Shown here: piece after piece, positions 25,610-34,877 of the stretch | Layout of the letters: each line of letters starts with the position of its first letter | Position numbering within the stretch: the first letter of the stretch is position 1 | Source of the DNA: Candidatus Magasanikiibacteriota bacterium | GTDB lineage: Bacteria > Patescibacteriota > Patescibacteriia > Magasanikbacterales > UBA922 | Reading direction: 5' to 3' | DNA length: 64,000 nucleotides | Assembly: GCA_016207245.1 (NCBI GenBank) | Contig: JACQQA010000012.1 | Location: forward strand, 5,722-69,721 | Made by a program: the position numbers and the translations under genes | Notes under the pieces: generated by a model | Databases searched by the model: none | Told to the model about the DNA's origin: nothing | What the model saw: the letters and a program-made list of their open reading frames with translations, nothing else

Positions 25610-27043
25610 TTATTCCAACGATTCCAAATTCACGCACAATTGATCTTTCCAAATCATTTCCGGATAATATTTTAACATTTTTCTAACGTACGCCTTCCTT
25701 TCATCATACGTTGTCTGATTTTTAGCTTCAAATTTTACGGTGATATACGGACCATTCTGCGAATATCGAAACACCATCATGCCATCAGCAAAATCAATCC
25801 TGGTGCCGTCATCACCGGGAATAACTGATTCATCCGTCACTTCGCCGTTAGGAAAATCTTTCCTAAACCTTATCGCCAAATCTCGAATCACGGCGACTTT
25901 TTTATCGTCAGGACAGCCGATTTTAATTTCCGGAGAAGAAATAAATTTCGGGAAGGTTTCATAAAGTTCACCCAAATTTTTACCAGTCTCAGATAAATAT
26001 TCCAAAACCCGCAGTTCGGCATAACAGCCATCGTCATGCCCGTAAGCATTGTCGGCAAAAAAGAAATGCCCGGATAATTCGCCGCCAAACGCCGCTCGCT
26101 CTTCCGCGATTTTTGCCTTGATAAATGAATGTCCGGTTTTCCAAATTACCGGCACACCGCCGTTCTGTTTAACAACCTCCCTGACTATCTGCGAACATAA
26201 AGTATTATAGATAATTTTAGATTTTGGAAAACGAGTCAAAATTTCTTTGGCAAAAATCGCAATCAAAACATCATTCCACAGGATCCTCCCCTTCTCATCC
26301 ACCGTGCCGATACGATCGCCATCGCCATCAAATGCCACACCCATGTCTGCCTGTTCCGCCAAAACCGCCCTGCTCACCCTATCCATAACTTCTTTAGCGG
26401 TCGGGTCCGGAGTGCCCATCGGAAAATGGCCGTCCACTTTCATGTTTTTTCCGATTACTTTACAACCGGCGCGAGTAAATAATTCTTCCACGTACTTGCC
26501 GGTTGTGCCGCAACCGGAATCAATCACGATCTTAAATTTTTTATTTAATTGCACTCGTTTTAAAACATCCTCAAAATAATCTTCGGTCACGTCCTTTTTG
26601 GTTACCGCGCCTTTTTCTAAAGATTTATAATAGTTTTCTTCTTCAATAATCTTTCTAATCTCTTGAACTTCGTCAGGGCCGGTAGTTTGCGAATAACCTA
26701 CCCCCAACTTAAAACCATTAAAATTCCAAGGATTATGGGAAGCTGTAATCATTACCCCGCCATTTGTCTGATAACGATACTGCGAATAATACATCATCTG
26801 TGTCATTACCATACCCAAATCAAAAATGTTAACCCCGGTTTCCGTCATGCCTTTAATCATGGCCTTTTTATAATCCTCCCCCGTTAAACGACAATCACTA
26901 CCCACGACCGCATGGCGAATCTTGCGCCGACGCAAAAACGTAGCGTAAGCCCGGCCGATTGCTTCTACTTTTTCCGGATCCAAGTCTACGTCAACTATCC
27001 CACGGATATCATAGTTTCTAAAGACGAATGGGTTGATTTTCAT
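25610..27043 (-). CDS. Phosphomannomutase/phosphoglucomutase (alpha-D-phosphohexomutase family)
   Basis: Active-site phosphoserine loop TASHNP; 477 aa. Confidence 0.8.
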   Translation of the reverse strand: MKINPFVFRNYDIRGIVDVDLDPEKVEAIGRAYATFLRRRKIRHAVVGSDCRLTGEDYKKAMIKGMTETGVNIFDLGMVMTQMMYYSQYRYQTNGGVMITASHNPWNFNGFKLGVGYSQTTGPDEVQEIRKIIEEENYYKSLEKGAVTKKDVTEDYFEDVLKRVQLNKKFKIVIDSGCGTTGKYVEELFTRAGCKVIGKNMKVDGHFPMGTPDPTAKEVMDRVSRAVLAEQADMGVAFDGDGDRIGTVDEKGRILWNDVLIAIFAKEILTRFPKSKIIYNTLCSQIVREVVKQNGGVPVIWKTGHSFIKAKIAEERAAFGGELSGHFFFADNAYGHDDGCYAELRVLEYLSETGKNLGELYETFPKFISSPEIKIGCPDDKKVAVIRDLAIRFRKDFPNGEVTDESVIPGDDGTRIDFADGMMVFRYSQNGPYITVKFEAKNQTTYDERKAYVRKMLKYYPEMIWKDQLCVNLESLE

Positions 27044-27120
27044 ATATTGCTTGATTATGTTGCGTAAAAGATAAAAACAGTATATAATATAGACGAAAAA
27101 TACACAAACTGCAATACCGT

Positions 27121-29673
27121 TTGCGGTGTATGGCTATACCTATGTCTACCAACCCAACCCAGCTTCTGGATCGTTTTTCCACGCATTTGCGCAATGTAAT
27201 CGCCAAAGCCATGACGCTGGCAAATTCTCTTGAACATGACGAGGTGTCGCCTCTGCATCTTTTGTTATCTTTAAGCGAGGAAAAAGGCTCGGTCGGCGCG
27301 GAAGTACTAATACGGTTTAACTTTAATCAAAAATACGCCTTAAACCTGCTTTCGGAAAAACCTCAGTTGCGCCGAAATAAGGGCGACATCGCCATCGCTA
27401 ATCTGCCGGAACTTGACGCTAAAGCCAAACAAGCGGTTGAACGCGCGATTTTAATCGCTTACGAGCGCAACCACCATCATATCGGCACTGAACATTTGCT
27501 GTTTGCTTTGGTCGTCGGACATAGCCAAGAAATTGAAACCGCGCTGAAACAAAATAAAATATCTCTTGAGGATGTTAATAATCAGCTTGATGATATTTTC
27601 CAAAGCACCAGCCGCTTTCCGGAAATTGAAGACGTGTCTAGTGTGATGGAACATTTGGAAGAAATGGTGGGAAAAGAAAATATCGGCGCGCTCCCCCGCC
27701 CGCAACCGCTTGCCGCCAACAGTAAAAATAAAAAACCGCAAATCACGGCTTTGGATATTTTTACCAATAATTTAACTGACAAAGACGCGCAAAAAAATAT
27801 TGATCCGGTCATTGGCCGGGAAAATGAAATTGAGCGGGTAATCCACATTCTCTCACGCCGAACAAAAAACAATCCGGTCTTGGTCGGCGAACCGGGCGTA
27901 GGCAAAACCGCGATTGTTGAGGGATTGGCAAAAAGAATCAGCGAGGGTAATGTGCCTGACATTTTAAAAAATAAAAAAATCTTCGCGCTTGACGTTACTC
28001 TGCTTTTGGCCGGAACGATATATCGCGGTGAATTTGAAGCGCGCCTGAAACAAATCGTGGACGAAATCGCCAAATCGCCGGATTATATTCTATTTATTGA
28101 CGAACTGCACAATATTATCGGCGCCGGCTCCAGCCAAGGCGCGATGGACGCGGCGAATATTTTGAAACCGGCCTTAGCGCGCGGCAACCTGCGCTGTATC
28201 GGCGCCACCACGATTGATGAACACAAAAAATATATCGCTTCCGACCCGGCGCTGGAACGGCGTTTTCAATCGGTCATCATTGATGAGCCGACTGAAGCCG
28301 AAGCTAAAATGATAACGCGCGGAATTAAAAAATATTACGAAGATTATCATAACGTGAAAATCAGCGATGACGCCACGGACGCGGCCGTGGAATTAAGCGT
28401 CCGCTATATCCACGATAATTTTCTGCCGGACAAAGCGATAGATCTGCTTGACGAAGCCTGCGCCGCGGCGCGAACCAAACAAAAACACACGCCGATTGAG
28501 GCGCAAAGACAAAGATTTTTGGCGTTAAAAGAGCGGTGCATAAATTTAAAAATAACCGCGATCAAAAAAGAACAACTGGACGCGGCGTTGGAATTAAAAA
28601 ACGAATTGAAAGAAATAGAAGACCAGATCAGTCTTTTAAATCAAAAAACGGCTAACGCGAAAAAAACCGTCGGCAGTAAAATCACGCGCCAAGACATCGC
28701 CCGCGTGCTGGAGCGGCGGCTGAATATTGGTCTGGAAACAATATTGGCGGATGAATGGAAAAAACTGGCAGACCTGTCAGACAGATTGGAAAAACAAATC
28801 ATTGGCCAAGATGAAGTAATAGGATCAATCATCAAACACCTGCGCCAATCTTATTTGGGTTTGCGCGATCGCAAAAAACCTTTAGCATCTTTTCTTTTTG
28901 CCGGACCGAGCGGGGTTGGCAAAACCGAATTGGCAAAATTGCTGGCGCGCGAACTTTATAATGATGAAAAATCGCTGGTCAAACTTGATATGAGCGAATT
29001 TTCCGAACCGCACAGCACCGCGAAGCTCCTCGGCTCCCCGGCCGGATACATCGGCCACAAAGACCGCAATCGATTTTTGGATGATATCAAACAAAAGCCG
29101 TATTGCGTGGTATTGTTTGATGAAATTGATAAAGCCCACCGCGACGTGGTTAAGTTGCTTTTGCAGATTCTTGACGAAGGGCAGTTGACTGACAGCAATG
29201 GCAAAAAAACCTATTTTAATCACGCGATAATTATCTTAACCACCAATCTCGGCTCGGAATTCTTCAAATCCGCCGGCATCGGCTTTGGCCGGGACGCGAA
29301 AGACACAAAAAATCGCGATCAGACTGTCATTGGCAAATTAAAAGACGAATTTTCGCCGGCGTTGATCAACCGCTTGGATTCGGTGGAAATTTTCTCGCCC
29401 CTCACCCAAGCCGCGGTCGCCAAAATCGTGGAAGCAAACTTGAAGCAGGTCAATGAACAGCTGGGTAAAAATCAACAGCTTAATATCAAGTCCGACCAAA
29501 CCGCGATCGCCTCTTTGGCTTCTGAATCTTTCAGCGAAGAATTCGGCGCGCGGCAGGTGGACAAATTCATCAGAGACGTAATGCAGGAGCTGGTGGTTAA
29601 GATTATGGAAAAAGAAAAAAAGAAAAAAAATTACACTCTCAAGAGAGAAAAGACGGGGTATAGTTTGAGATAG
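27121..29673 (+). CDS. clpC: Clp/Hsp100 AAA+ chaperone (ClpC/ClpB family)
   Basis: Clp N-domain repeats at the N-terminus, two nucleotide-binding domains with Walker A GEPGVGKT and GPSGVGKT, and a short coiled-coil middle domain; 850 aa. Confidence 0.85.
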   Translation: MRCMAIPMSTNPTQLLDRFSTHLRNVIAKAMTLANSLEHDEVSPLHLLLSLSEEKGSVGAEVLIRFNFNQKYALNLLSEKPQLRRNKGDIAIANLPELDAKAKQAVERAILIAYERNHHHIGTEHLLFALVVGHSQEIETALKQNKISLEDVNNQLDDIFQSTSRFPEIEDVSSVMEHLEEMVGKENIGALPRPQPLAANSKNKKPQITALDIFTNNLTDKDAQKNIDPVIGRENEIERVIHILSRRTKNNPVLVGEPGVGKTAIVEGLAKRISEGNVPDILKNKKIFALDVTLLLAGTIYRGEFEARLKQIVDEIAKSPDYILFIDELHNIIGAGSSQGAMDAANILKPALARGNLRCIGATTIDEHKKYIASDPALERRFQSVIIDEPTEAEAKMITRGIKKYYEDYHNVKISDDATDAAVELSVRYIHDNFLPDKAIDLLDEACAAARTKQKHTPIEAQRQRFLALKERCINLKITAIKKEQLDAALELKNELKEIEDQISLLNQKTANAKKTVGSKITRQDIARVLERRLNIGLETILADEWKKLADLSDRLEKQIIGQDEVIGSIIKHLRQSYLGLRDRKKPLASFLFAGPSGVGKTELAKLLARELYNDEKSLVKLDMSEFSEPHSTAKLLGSPAGYIGHKDRNRFLDDIKQKPYCVVLFDEIDKAHRDVVKLLLQILDEGQLTDSNGKKTYFNHAIIILTTNLGSEFFKSAGIGFGRDAKDTKNRDQTVIGKLKDEFSPALINRLDSVEIFSPLTQAAVAKIVEANLKQVNEQLGKNQQLNIKSDQTAIASLASESFSEEFGARQVDKFIRDVMQELVVKIMEKEKKKKNYTLKREKTGYSLR

Positions 29674-29689
29674 AGGCTTGTCATCCCCT

Positions 29690-29755
29690 TGAAAAAGGGG
29701 ATCCAAAAATCACACACGATGGATTCCCGTTTCCACGGGAATGACAATTCATAAA
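29690..29755. repeat. Complete two-hairpin MITE-like element (GTCATCCCCTTGAAAAAGGGGATCCAAAAATC ... GATTCCCGTTTCCACGGGAATGAC)
   Basis: Terminal inverted repeats GTCAT/ATGAC; each half is a GC-stem hairpin. Lies downstream of clpC. Confidence 0.8.
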
Positions 29756-29768
29756 GCATTAGTATTTT

Positions 29769-30110
29769 ATGCCCGATTTTGAGCAAAAATGGCAGTTGGC
29801 GATGCAGAAGGCAAGACAACAGCAGGTGAAACAAAAAACCGGCGCGCCTTTGGCAACGCAGGAGAAGCAAAATAAAGAAGAAATGGATTATTTTAAACAA
29901 AAAATTTTAAAATCATTCCAACGCGGCGATAAAGAAGAAACTAAAAAAACCGCGGCCGCTCTGATTAAATTGCGCGCAAAATCAGCGGCGATTAAAATCC
30001 AAAAAACCCGCGCCGAGTCCGGATTTTTAAGCGAAGCGACAATTAAAAAAATAGTCGCTAAATATACTCTGGATTGCTTAAGATTAGTCCAATCATTAGG
30101 TTATAAATAA
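29769..30110 (+). CDS. Small basic hypothetical protein, first gene of a tightly packed five-gene operon
   Basis: 113 aa, K/Q-rich, no motif. Its stop and the next start are 1 nt apart. Confidence 0.4.
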   Translation: MPDFEQKWQLAMQKARQQQVKQKTGAPLATQEKQNKEEMDYFKQKILKSFQRGDKEETKKTAAALIKLRAKSAAIKIQKTRAESGFLSEATIKKIVAKYTLDCLRLVQSLGYK

Positions 30111-30111
30111 T

Positions 30112-31443
30112 ATGCCGGAGGAAGGAGAAAAAAACGCACCTGACGTAAAAGCACCGCCGGCATCGGAATGGATGACGCAAATTGAAAATGCTTTGGAAAA
30201 AACCTTGCCGGACTTGCCGCCTGACGCGCTTCGGCAAATTAATGATATTATAAAAAAAACTGTTCAGGGAGAATTAGAAAAATTGCGGGACAGTCTTGCG
30301 GAAAATCCGCCCGAACAAAATTTAGAAGACGCGCTTGATGAATTTGAAGAAGAGGAAGAGCCCGTTAATCAAGCCCTTGATTTTGGCGATGAACTGGAAC
30401 AAGATTACGCCGAATTAGGAATAGAAAACACAGCGGAACCGGAGAATAGTCAAAAATCGCCGCCTCAACCGACCAAAAAACACATTGGGAGGAGAACACC
30501 GGAGCAAACTCCGACTGAACCAGTCGAGTCAGCCGGACAACCGTCGTTGGCAAAAGAAGAATCTACCGAACCATCGCCTGCCTATGTTCCCTCGCCGTCA
30601 ACAGAACCGCAAGAACCGACGGAAACACCACTGCAGACTGATTCAGCCGCTCAACCGAAAGAACCAAGCGGGCCGCAAGAAAAAAAATCAGAAGAAGCGC
30701 GACCAGAAGAGCAGGAAGAAAAACCGGCCGAAAAACTAACAAAAACGCCCGCTAAACAAGAGCAGTCGCAAGAAGAGGTGGAGCCAAAAGATGGGGAGGG
30801 GAAAAAACCGCCGGAGCAATCGCCTGAACAGCCGACTGACAAACAACAAAATAAACAGCCGGACGAACAACAGCCGGAAACAACGCCGGCCGAACAGGAA
30901 ACCGCGCCTCAACAGCAAGAACAGGATCAACAACCGCCTCCGCAGCAGCAAGAGCAGATTAAAGATCTGACAGAAAAACTGCAATTGGCGCAAAAAGACA
31001 CGGGAAAAAAAGTTGATAAAGCGATTAAACCGTTTCAAAAAGAAATCGCGGTTTTAAAAAACGAAATTAAATTGCTGGAAGCGAAAAAAGCCGCCGTGTA
31101 TGTTAAAATGACAATTGCCGCCGCGCGTTATTTCGCGATGCTTGTCATTGCCGCTATCGTATTTATCATCGGGGTTATTTTGAGTCTGTTCGGCATCGGC
31201 GAAGTGCTTATGGGCTGGGCCGCCAAACAAGCAATCAGCGAATCTGCGACTTTCAGCAAAAATATGTTAGAATATAATAACGAACTGCAAAAACTAAACG
31301 CGCAGATAAGAGAAAAGACAGCGAGAATTAAAATTTTGGAAAAGCAAATGATGAACATTCAGCGCGCGGCCAATATAAAATTCGCCGCTTTGCAGGGAAA
31401 AATCGCCGCACGAATTCAACAACTCCACCAGCCTAATCAATAA
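30112..31443 (+). CDS. Hypothetical membrane protein with a long acidic P/E/Q-rich disordered N-terminal region, a single TM helix and a C-terminal coiled coil
   Basis: 443 aa. Residues ~60-300 are low complexity (PEQ-rich, e.g. QQQEQDQQPPPQQQEQ), then the TM helix AMLVIAAIVFIIGVILSLFGIG, then heptad-like repeats. Confidence 0.5.
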   Translation: MPEEGEKNAPDVKAPPASEWMTQIENALEKTLPDLPPDALRQINDIIKKTVQGELEKLRDSLAENPPEQNLEDALDEFEEEEEPVNQALDFGDELEQDYAELGIENTAEPENSQKSPPQPTKKHIGRRTPEQTPTEPVESAGQPSLAKEESTEPSPAYVPSPSTEPQEPTETPLQTDSAAQPKEPSGPQEKKSEEARPEEQEEKPAEKLTKTPAKQEQSQEEVEPKDGEGKKPPEQSPEQPTDKQQNKQPDEQQPETTPAEQETAPQQQEQDQQPPPQQQEQIKDLTEKLQLAQKDTGKKVDKAIKPFQKEIAVLKNEIKLLEAKKAAVYVKMTIAAARYFAMLVIAAIVFIIGVILSLFGIGEVLMGWAAKQAISESATFSKNMLEYNNELQKLNAQIREKTARIKILEKQMMNIQRAANIKFAALQGKIAARIQQLHQPNQ

Positions 31444-31450
31444 AAATAAT

Positions 31451-32677
31451 ATGGATAAAAGAAAAATAATTTTCGCGGGCATATTTCTAGTTATCTGCGT
31501 GGCAGTCGGTTTTCTGCTTTATTGGGTATTTTTCGCTAAGAAAATACCGTCAACAACTACGGGTCAGCCGGGAACGGAAGTCCCGGTTGCCGGCCAATTC
31601 CCTACTGCCGGCGTCGGCCAGCCGACTTTGCCGACTACCAAGCCGGGCAAACTGCCGACCGCGGTAAGCAAACCGATTACGCCGAAAACCGTTACTCCAA
31701 CAGTCAAACCATCTTTCCCAATCACAAACAAAGTTGACAGCTCAATTCTTGGTAGTAGCAAAGACACGGTTGGTTCGGCAAAATTTTATAATACCACTGA
31801 CGGCAGATTTTATCGCTTAAACAAAGACGGTTCAATTGCGTCTTTAAGCGACGAAGTATTTTTTAATGTTCAAAAAGCGACCTGGTCGCCGACAAAAAAC
31901 GAATCTATTATTGAATATCCTGACGGTTCAAACATTTATTATAATTTTGACACAAAAAAACAAGTCACTTTGCCAAAACATTGGCAGGATTTTTCTTTCT
32001 CGCCTTTGGGGGATAAAATCGCCAGTAAAAGCATGGGGCTGGCAACGGAAAATCGCTGGCTCGTTACCGCTGATCCGGAAGGAAAAAGCGTTAAATTAAT
32101 CGCGCCGCTTGGGGAAAACGCTGATAAAGTAACCGTCAACTGGTCGCCGAATAAACAAATCGTAGCCACCTCCGCCACCGGAGACCCGCAGGGAGCGGAC
32201 AAACAAGAAATTTTGTTCGTCGGCTTGCAGGGAGAAAATTTCCGCTCCATTGTCGTGGAAGGCCGCGGATTTGAAAGCCAGTGGTCAACCAGCGGGAAAA
32301 AACTGCTTTACAGCGTCTATAGCGCCAGAAGCAACTTCAAACCGGAACTCTGGATCGTTAACGCCGAAGGCGACAGTATCGGCACTGGCAGAAAAATGTT
32401 AAATTTAAATACTTGGTCGGAAAAGTGCGCGTTCAGCGATGATCGCTTTATTTACTGCGCCGTACCAACGCAAATGCAAACCGGCGCCGGCTTCGCGCCC
32501 GGACTGGCAGATGCCACCAATGATAAAATTTATAAAATAGACACGGAAACCGGCATTAAAACCGAGCTGACCACTGACGGTTACCACACGGTTGACAGCA
32601 TGTTCCTCGGCGATAATAACAAAACGATTTATTTCACGGATAAAAACAGCTCCGGACTATTTAGCGTGCCAATATGA
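31451..32677 (+). CDS. Membrane-anchored TolB-like / WD40-like beta-propeller (PD40) protein with proline/threonine-rich linker
   Basis: N-terminal TM helix, PT-rich linker (TTGQPGTEVPVAGQFPTAGVGQPTLPTTKPGKLPT), then repeated ~40-aa units with DG/SP/DG patterns typical of PD40 blades (e.g. WSPTKNESIIEY, FSPLGDKIASKS, WSPNKQIVATSA). Confidence 0.45.
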   Translation: MDKRKIIFAGIFLVICVAVGFLLYWVFFAKKIPSTTTGQPGTEVPVAGQFPTAGVGQPTLPTTKPGKLPTAVSKPITPKTVTPTVKPSFPITNKVDSSILGSSKDTVGSAKFYNTTDGRFYRLNKDGSIASLSDEVFFNVQKATWSPTKNESIIEYPDGSNIYYNFDTKKQVTLPKHWQDFSFSPLGDKIASKSMGLATENRWLVTADPEGKSVKLIAPLGENADKVTVNWSPNKQIVATSATGDPQGADKQEILFVGLQGENFRSIVVEGRGFESQWSTSGKKLLYSVYSARSNFKPELWIVNAEGDSIGTGRKMLNLNTWSEKCAFSDDRFIYCAVPTQMQTGAGFAPGLADATNDKIYKIDTETGIKTELTTDGYHTVDSMFLGDNNKTIYFTDKNSSGLFSVPI

Positions 32678-33327
32678 TAAAAACCAAACTCCTCGCGGTC
32701 GTTTTTATTCCGGCAATTTTGGTTGCCGGCTTGGCGCTGTTTGTCCGCGTTATTCAATATGAACCGCTCTACCCGGAAATAGATAAAAATAAAGAGGCCG
32801 AAGTTAAAAAAGACAGTCTGATTACTATCCCCATTTATCCAACTGATCCGATTATCGGCGAGAAAAAAGCGCCGCGAACGGTCATTGCTTTTGAAGATTT
32901 CGGCTGTGAACACTGCCAAGCGCAGTTTGCGGTGATTGAAGAATTCATGGCCAAACACCCGGGCACGGTTAAAATAATTTGGAAGAGTTTGCCGGTTACT
33001 AAATTCCCCTATGCCAGCGACACGGCGAACGAATATGCTTACTGTTTGAACGAGCAAAATAAATTCATGGACTTCGCGCGGCTGGCGTTTACTAATAGCT
33101 ATCAATTAAAGCAGGATATCTTAGACGCGATTGTTAAAGAGATTAACGCCAATGAAAAAAAACTTAGCGCCTGCGTCCAATCCGGAACCGCGAAACAACA
33201 AATTGAGCGGGTTAAAGAAATCGCGCGATTGTTGAATATTCAAGCCATCCCCGCGATATTTTTAGACAACAAACAAGTCAACCCGCCGGCGACAGTGGAG
33301 GGGTGGGAGGCGATGATGAGGCTGTAA
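32674..33327 (+). CDS. DsbA-like thioredoxin-fold thiol:disulfide oxidoreductase
   Basis: N-terminal TM anchor and CEHC active-site motif (FEDFGCEHCQAQF) in a thioredoxin-like context. Overlaps the upstream gene by 4 bp. Confidence 0.6.
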   Translation: MIKTKLLAVVFIPAILVAGLALFVRVIQYEPLYPEIDKNKEAEVKKDSLITIPIYPTDPIIGEKKAPRTVIAFEDFGCEHCQAQFAVIEEFMAKHPGTVKIIWKSLPVTKFPYASDTANEYAYCLNEQNKFMDFARLAFTNSYQLKQDILDAIVKEINANEKKLSACVQSGTAKQQIERVKEIARLLNIQAIPAIFLDNKQVNPPATVEGWEAMMRL

Positions 33328-33380
33328 CGCCCGTCGCCATGGTGTCATTACTTATTTTAATGCCTCTTTCGGTATGTTAG

Positions 33381-33428
33381 AAAGGGATCCCTCGGCTCTC
33401 CCGCCATGGCGGGATCGCTCGGGATGAC
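33381..33428. repeat. Partial hairpin element containing perfect palindrome CCCGCCATGGCGGG and an ATGAC terminus
   Basis: GGGATCCCTCGGCTCTCCCGCCATGGCGGGATCGCTCGGGATGAC. Same CCCGCCATGGCGGG core as at 3008-3021, 36836-36849 and 47163-47176. Confidence 0.7.
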
Positions 33429-33443
33429 AATGCCAAGAATCTT

Positions 33444-34877
33444 ATGAAAAAAATCTTCCTCGGTATTTTTTTAGCAATGTTTTTCCTGCTCCCATCAAAC
33501 AGCGCTTCTGCCGGGACACTCTCCATTGGCTCTCCATGTGAAGGTAACGGCGAATGCGCGAGCAACCAATGCGAAAACAGCTCTAAAACCGATCCCGAGG
33601 ACAAAAAGCTGGCTTTTTGCGTTTGCGGAGAATTTGACACATCAATAATAAACCCTGCCGGCAGTCCGAACTGCAAAGAAGCTTACGGCGGTTCTGAAGA
33701 TGACTGGACATGCAAAGACGGCGCCAATATGACCTGGGACTTAAATTACTGTTTAAATAAAGATTACAGCAAAACCAAATTTGCCATTCCCGTGAAAGAA
33801 ACCGGCGCCAGCACTGAAACAATTGTTGACATGTTGCTTGATCCATCGGCGGTAACCGCGAATATGTTTAAGGAGATTGATAACATCGTGGCAAAACCGA
33901 CAGTAAAAATTTCCATTCCCGGCCTAAAATTTTCCGAACCAAAAACCGTTGAAGAATCTGGCGGAAAATTCTTATATATCCCCTTTCTCGGCGACTATAT
34001 ATCATCCCTTTATAAATATCTAATCATTGTCGCGAGTATTATCGCGACCGCGATGATAATAAAAGCCGGATTTGATTGGCTGATGTCCGGCGGCGAAGCG
34101 GAAAAAATCACTCATGCCAAAACCCGCATCGGCCAATCGCTCATGGGGCTTTTCATCGCCGTGTCTTCGTATTTTATTTTATACACCATCAACCCGAATC
34201 TGGTGGAATTTAAAAATCTGCGGGTGAGGTACGTAGAGACAATACCTTTAGCGGAAGATTCTATCACTACCGAAGAGGCCGCGGAACAGGCTGGTGGAAC
34301 AATTTCAACGCCTTCCGGGAACATTCCGATTCCCACTACAGTTGTTTGCGATAATCCAACTGCCGCAGGTACCGGATTAGTGCCGCTGGAGCCGTCCGTG
34401 GGACTAAAACTACCTGCTAAATCAACCGCTTTTCTTAACCCCCAAGCGGCTGAAGCGTTAAAAAAAGCAGGGGCGATCGCCGCCAATGAAGGATACCTGT
34501 TGCAAGTCACTTCCGCCTGCCGCACGACAGCCACCCAAGCTAAAAAAGCCGCGGAAAGCCCGAGTAGTGTTGCTGCAGGCACCATCGCGCATCCGGGTAA
34601 TTCTCCGCACGGGTTTGGCATTGCTGTTGATATTCAATTAAAAAAAGATGGCGTAGTATTGGTGCCATCTGGTGGTTCAGAATCCCAGTGTAAAATAAAT
34701 CCCGCGTATGTAAGAAAACTTTCAGAAATTATGTATACCGCGGGGTTTTACCGCTTGGGGATTGAAAATTGGCATTTTGAACTACCGCCGAAAAACAATT
34801 ATTGCCGCGTAAAAAATAAATACGATCCGGCCCCATGCCGCGTTGGCAACAATAAAGTGCCGTGCATTACCAAATAA
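33444..34877 (+). CDS. Secreted chimeric protein: Cys-rich N-domain, pilin-like TM hairpin, C-terminal M15 (VanY-type) D-Ala-D-Ala carboxypeptidase domain
   Basis: Signal peptide MKKIFLGIFLAMFFLLPSNSASA; an 8-Cys segment; two TM helices separated by a short loop (YLIIVASIIATAMIIKAGFDWLMSGGEAEKITHAKTRIGQSLMGLFIAVSSYFILYTI); then the zinc-ligand motifs SPHGFGIAVD (SxHxxGxAxD) and ENWHFE near the C-terminus. Confidence 0.6.
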   Translation: MKKIFLGIFLAMFFLLPSNSASAGTLSIGSPCEGNGECASNQCENSSKTDPEDKKLAFCVCGEFDTSIINPAGSPNCKEAYGGSEDDWTCKDGANMTWDLNYCLNKDYSKTKFAIPVKETGASTETIVDMLLDPSAVTANMFKEIDNIVAKPTVKISIPGLKFSEPKTVEESGGKFLYIPFLGDYISSLYKYLIIVASIIATAMIIKAGFDWLMSGGEAEKITHAKTRIGQSLMGLFIAVSSYFILYTINPNLVEFKNLRVRYVETIPLAEDSITTEEAAEQAGGTISTPSGNIPIPTTVVCDNPTAAGTGLVPLEPSVGLKLPAKSTAFLNPQAAEALKKAGAIAANEGYLLQVTSACRTTATQAKKAAESPSSVAAGTIAHPGNSPHGFGIAVDIQLKKDGVVLVPSGGSESQCKINPAYVRKLSEIMYTAGFYRLGIENWHFELPPKNNYCRVKNKYDPAPCRVGNNKVPCITK

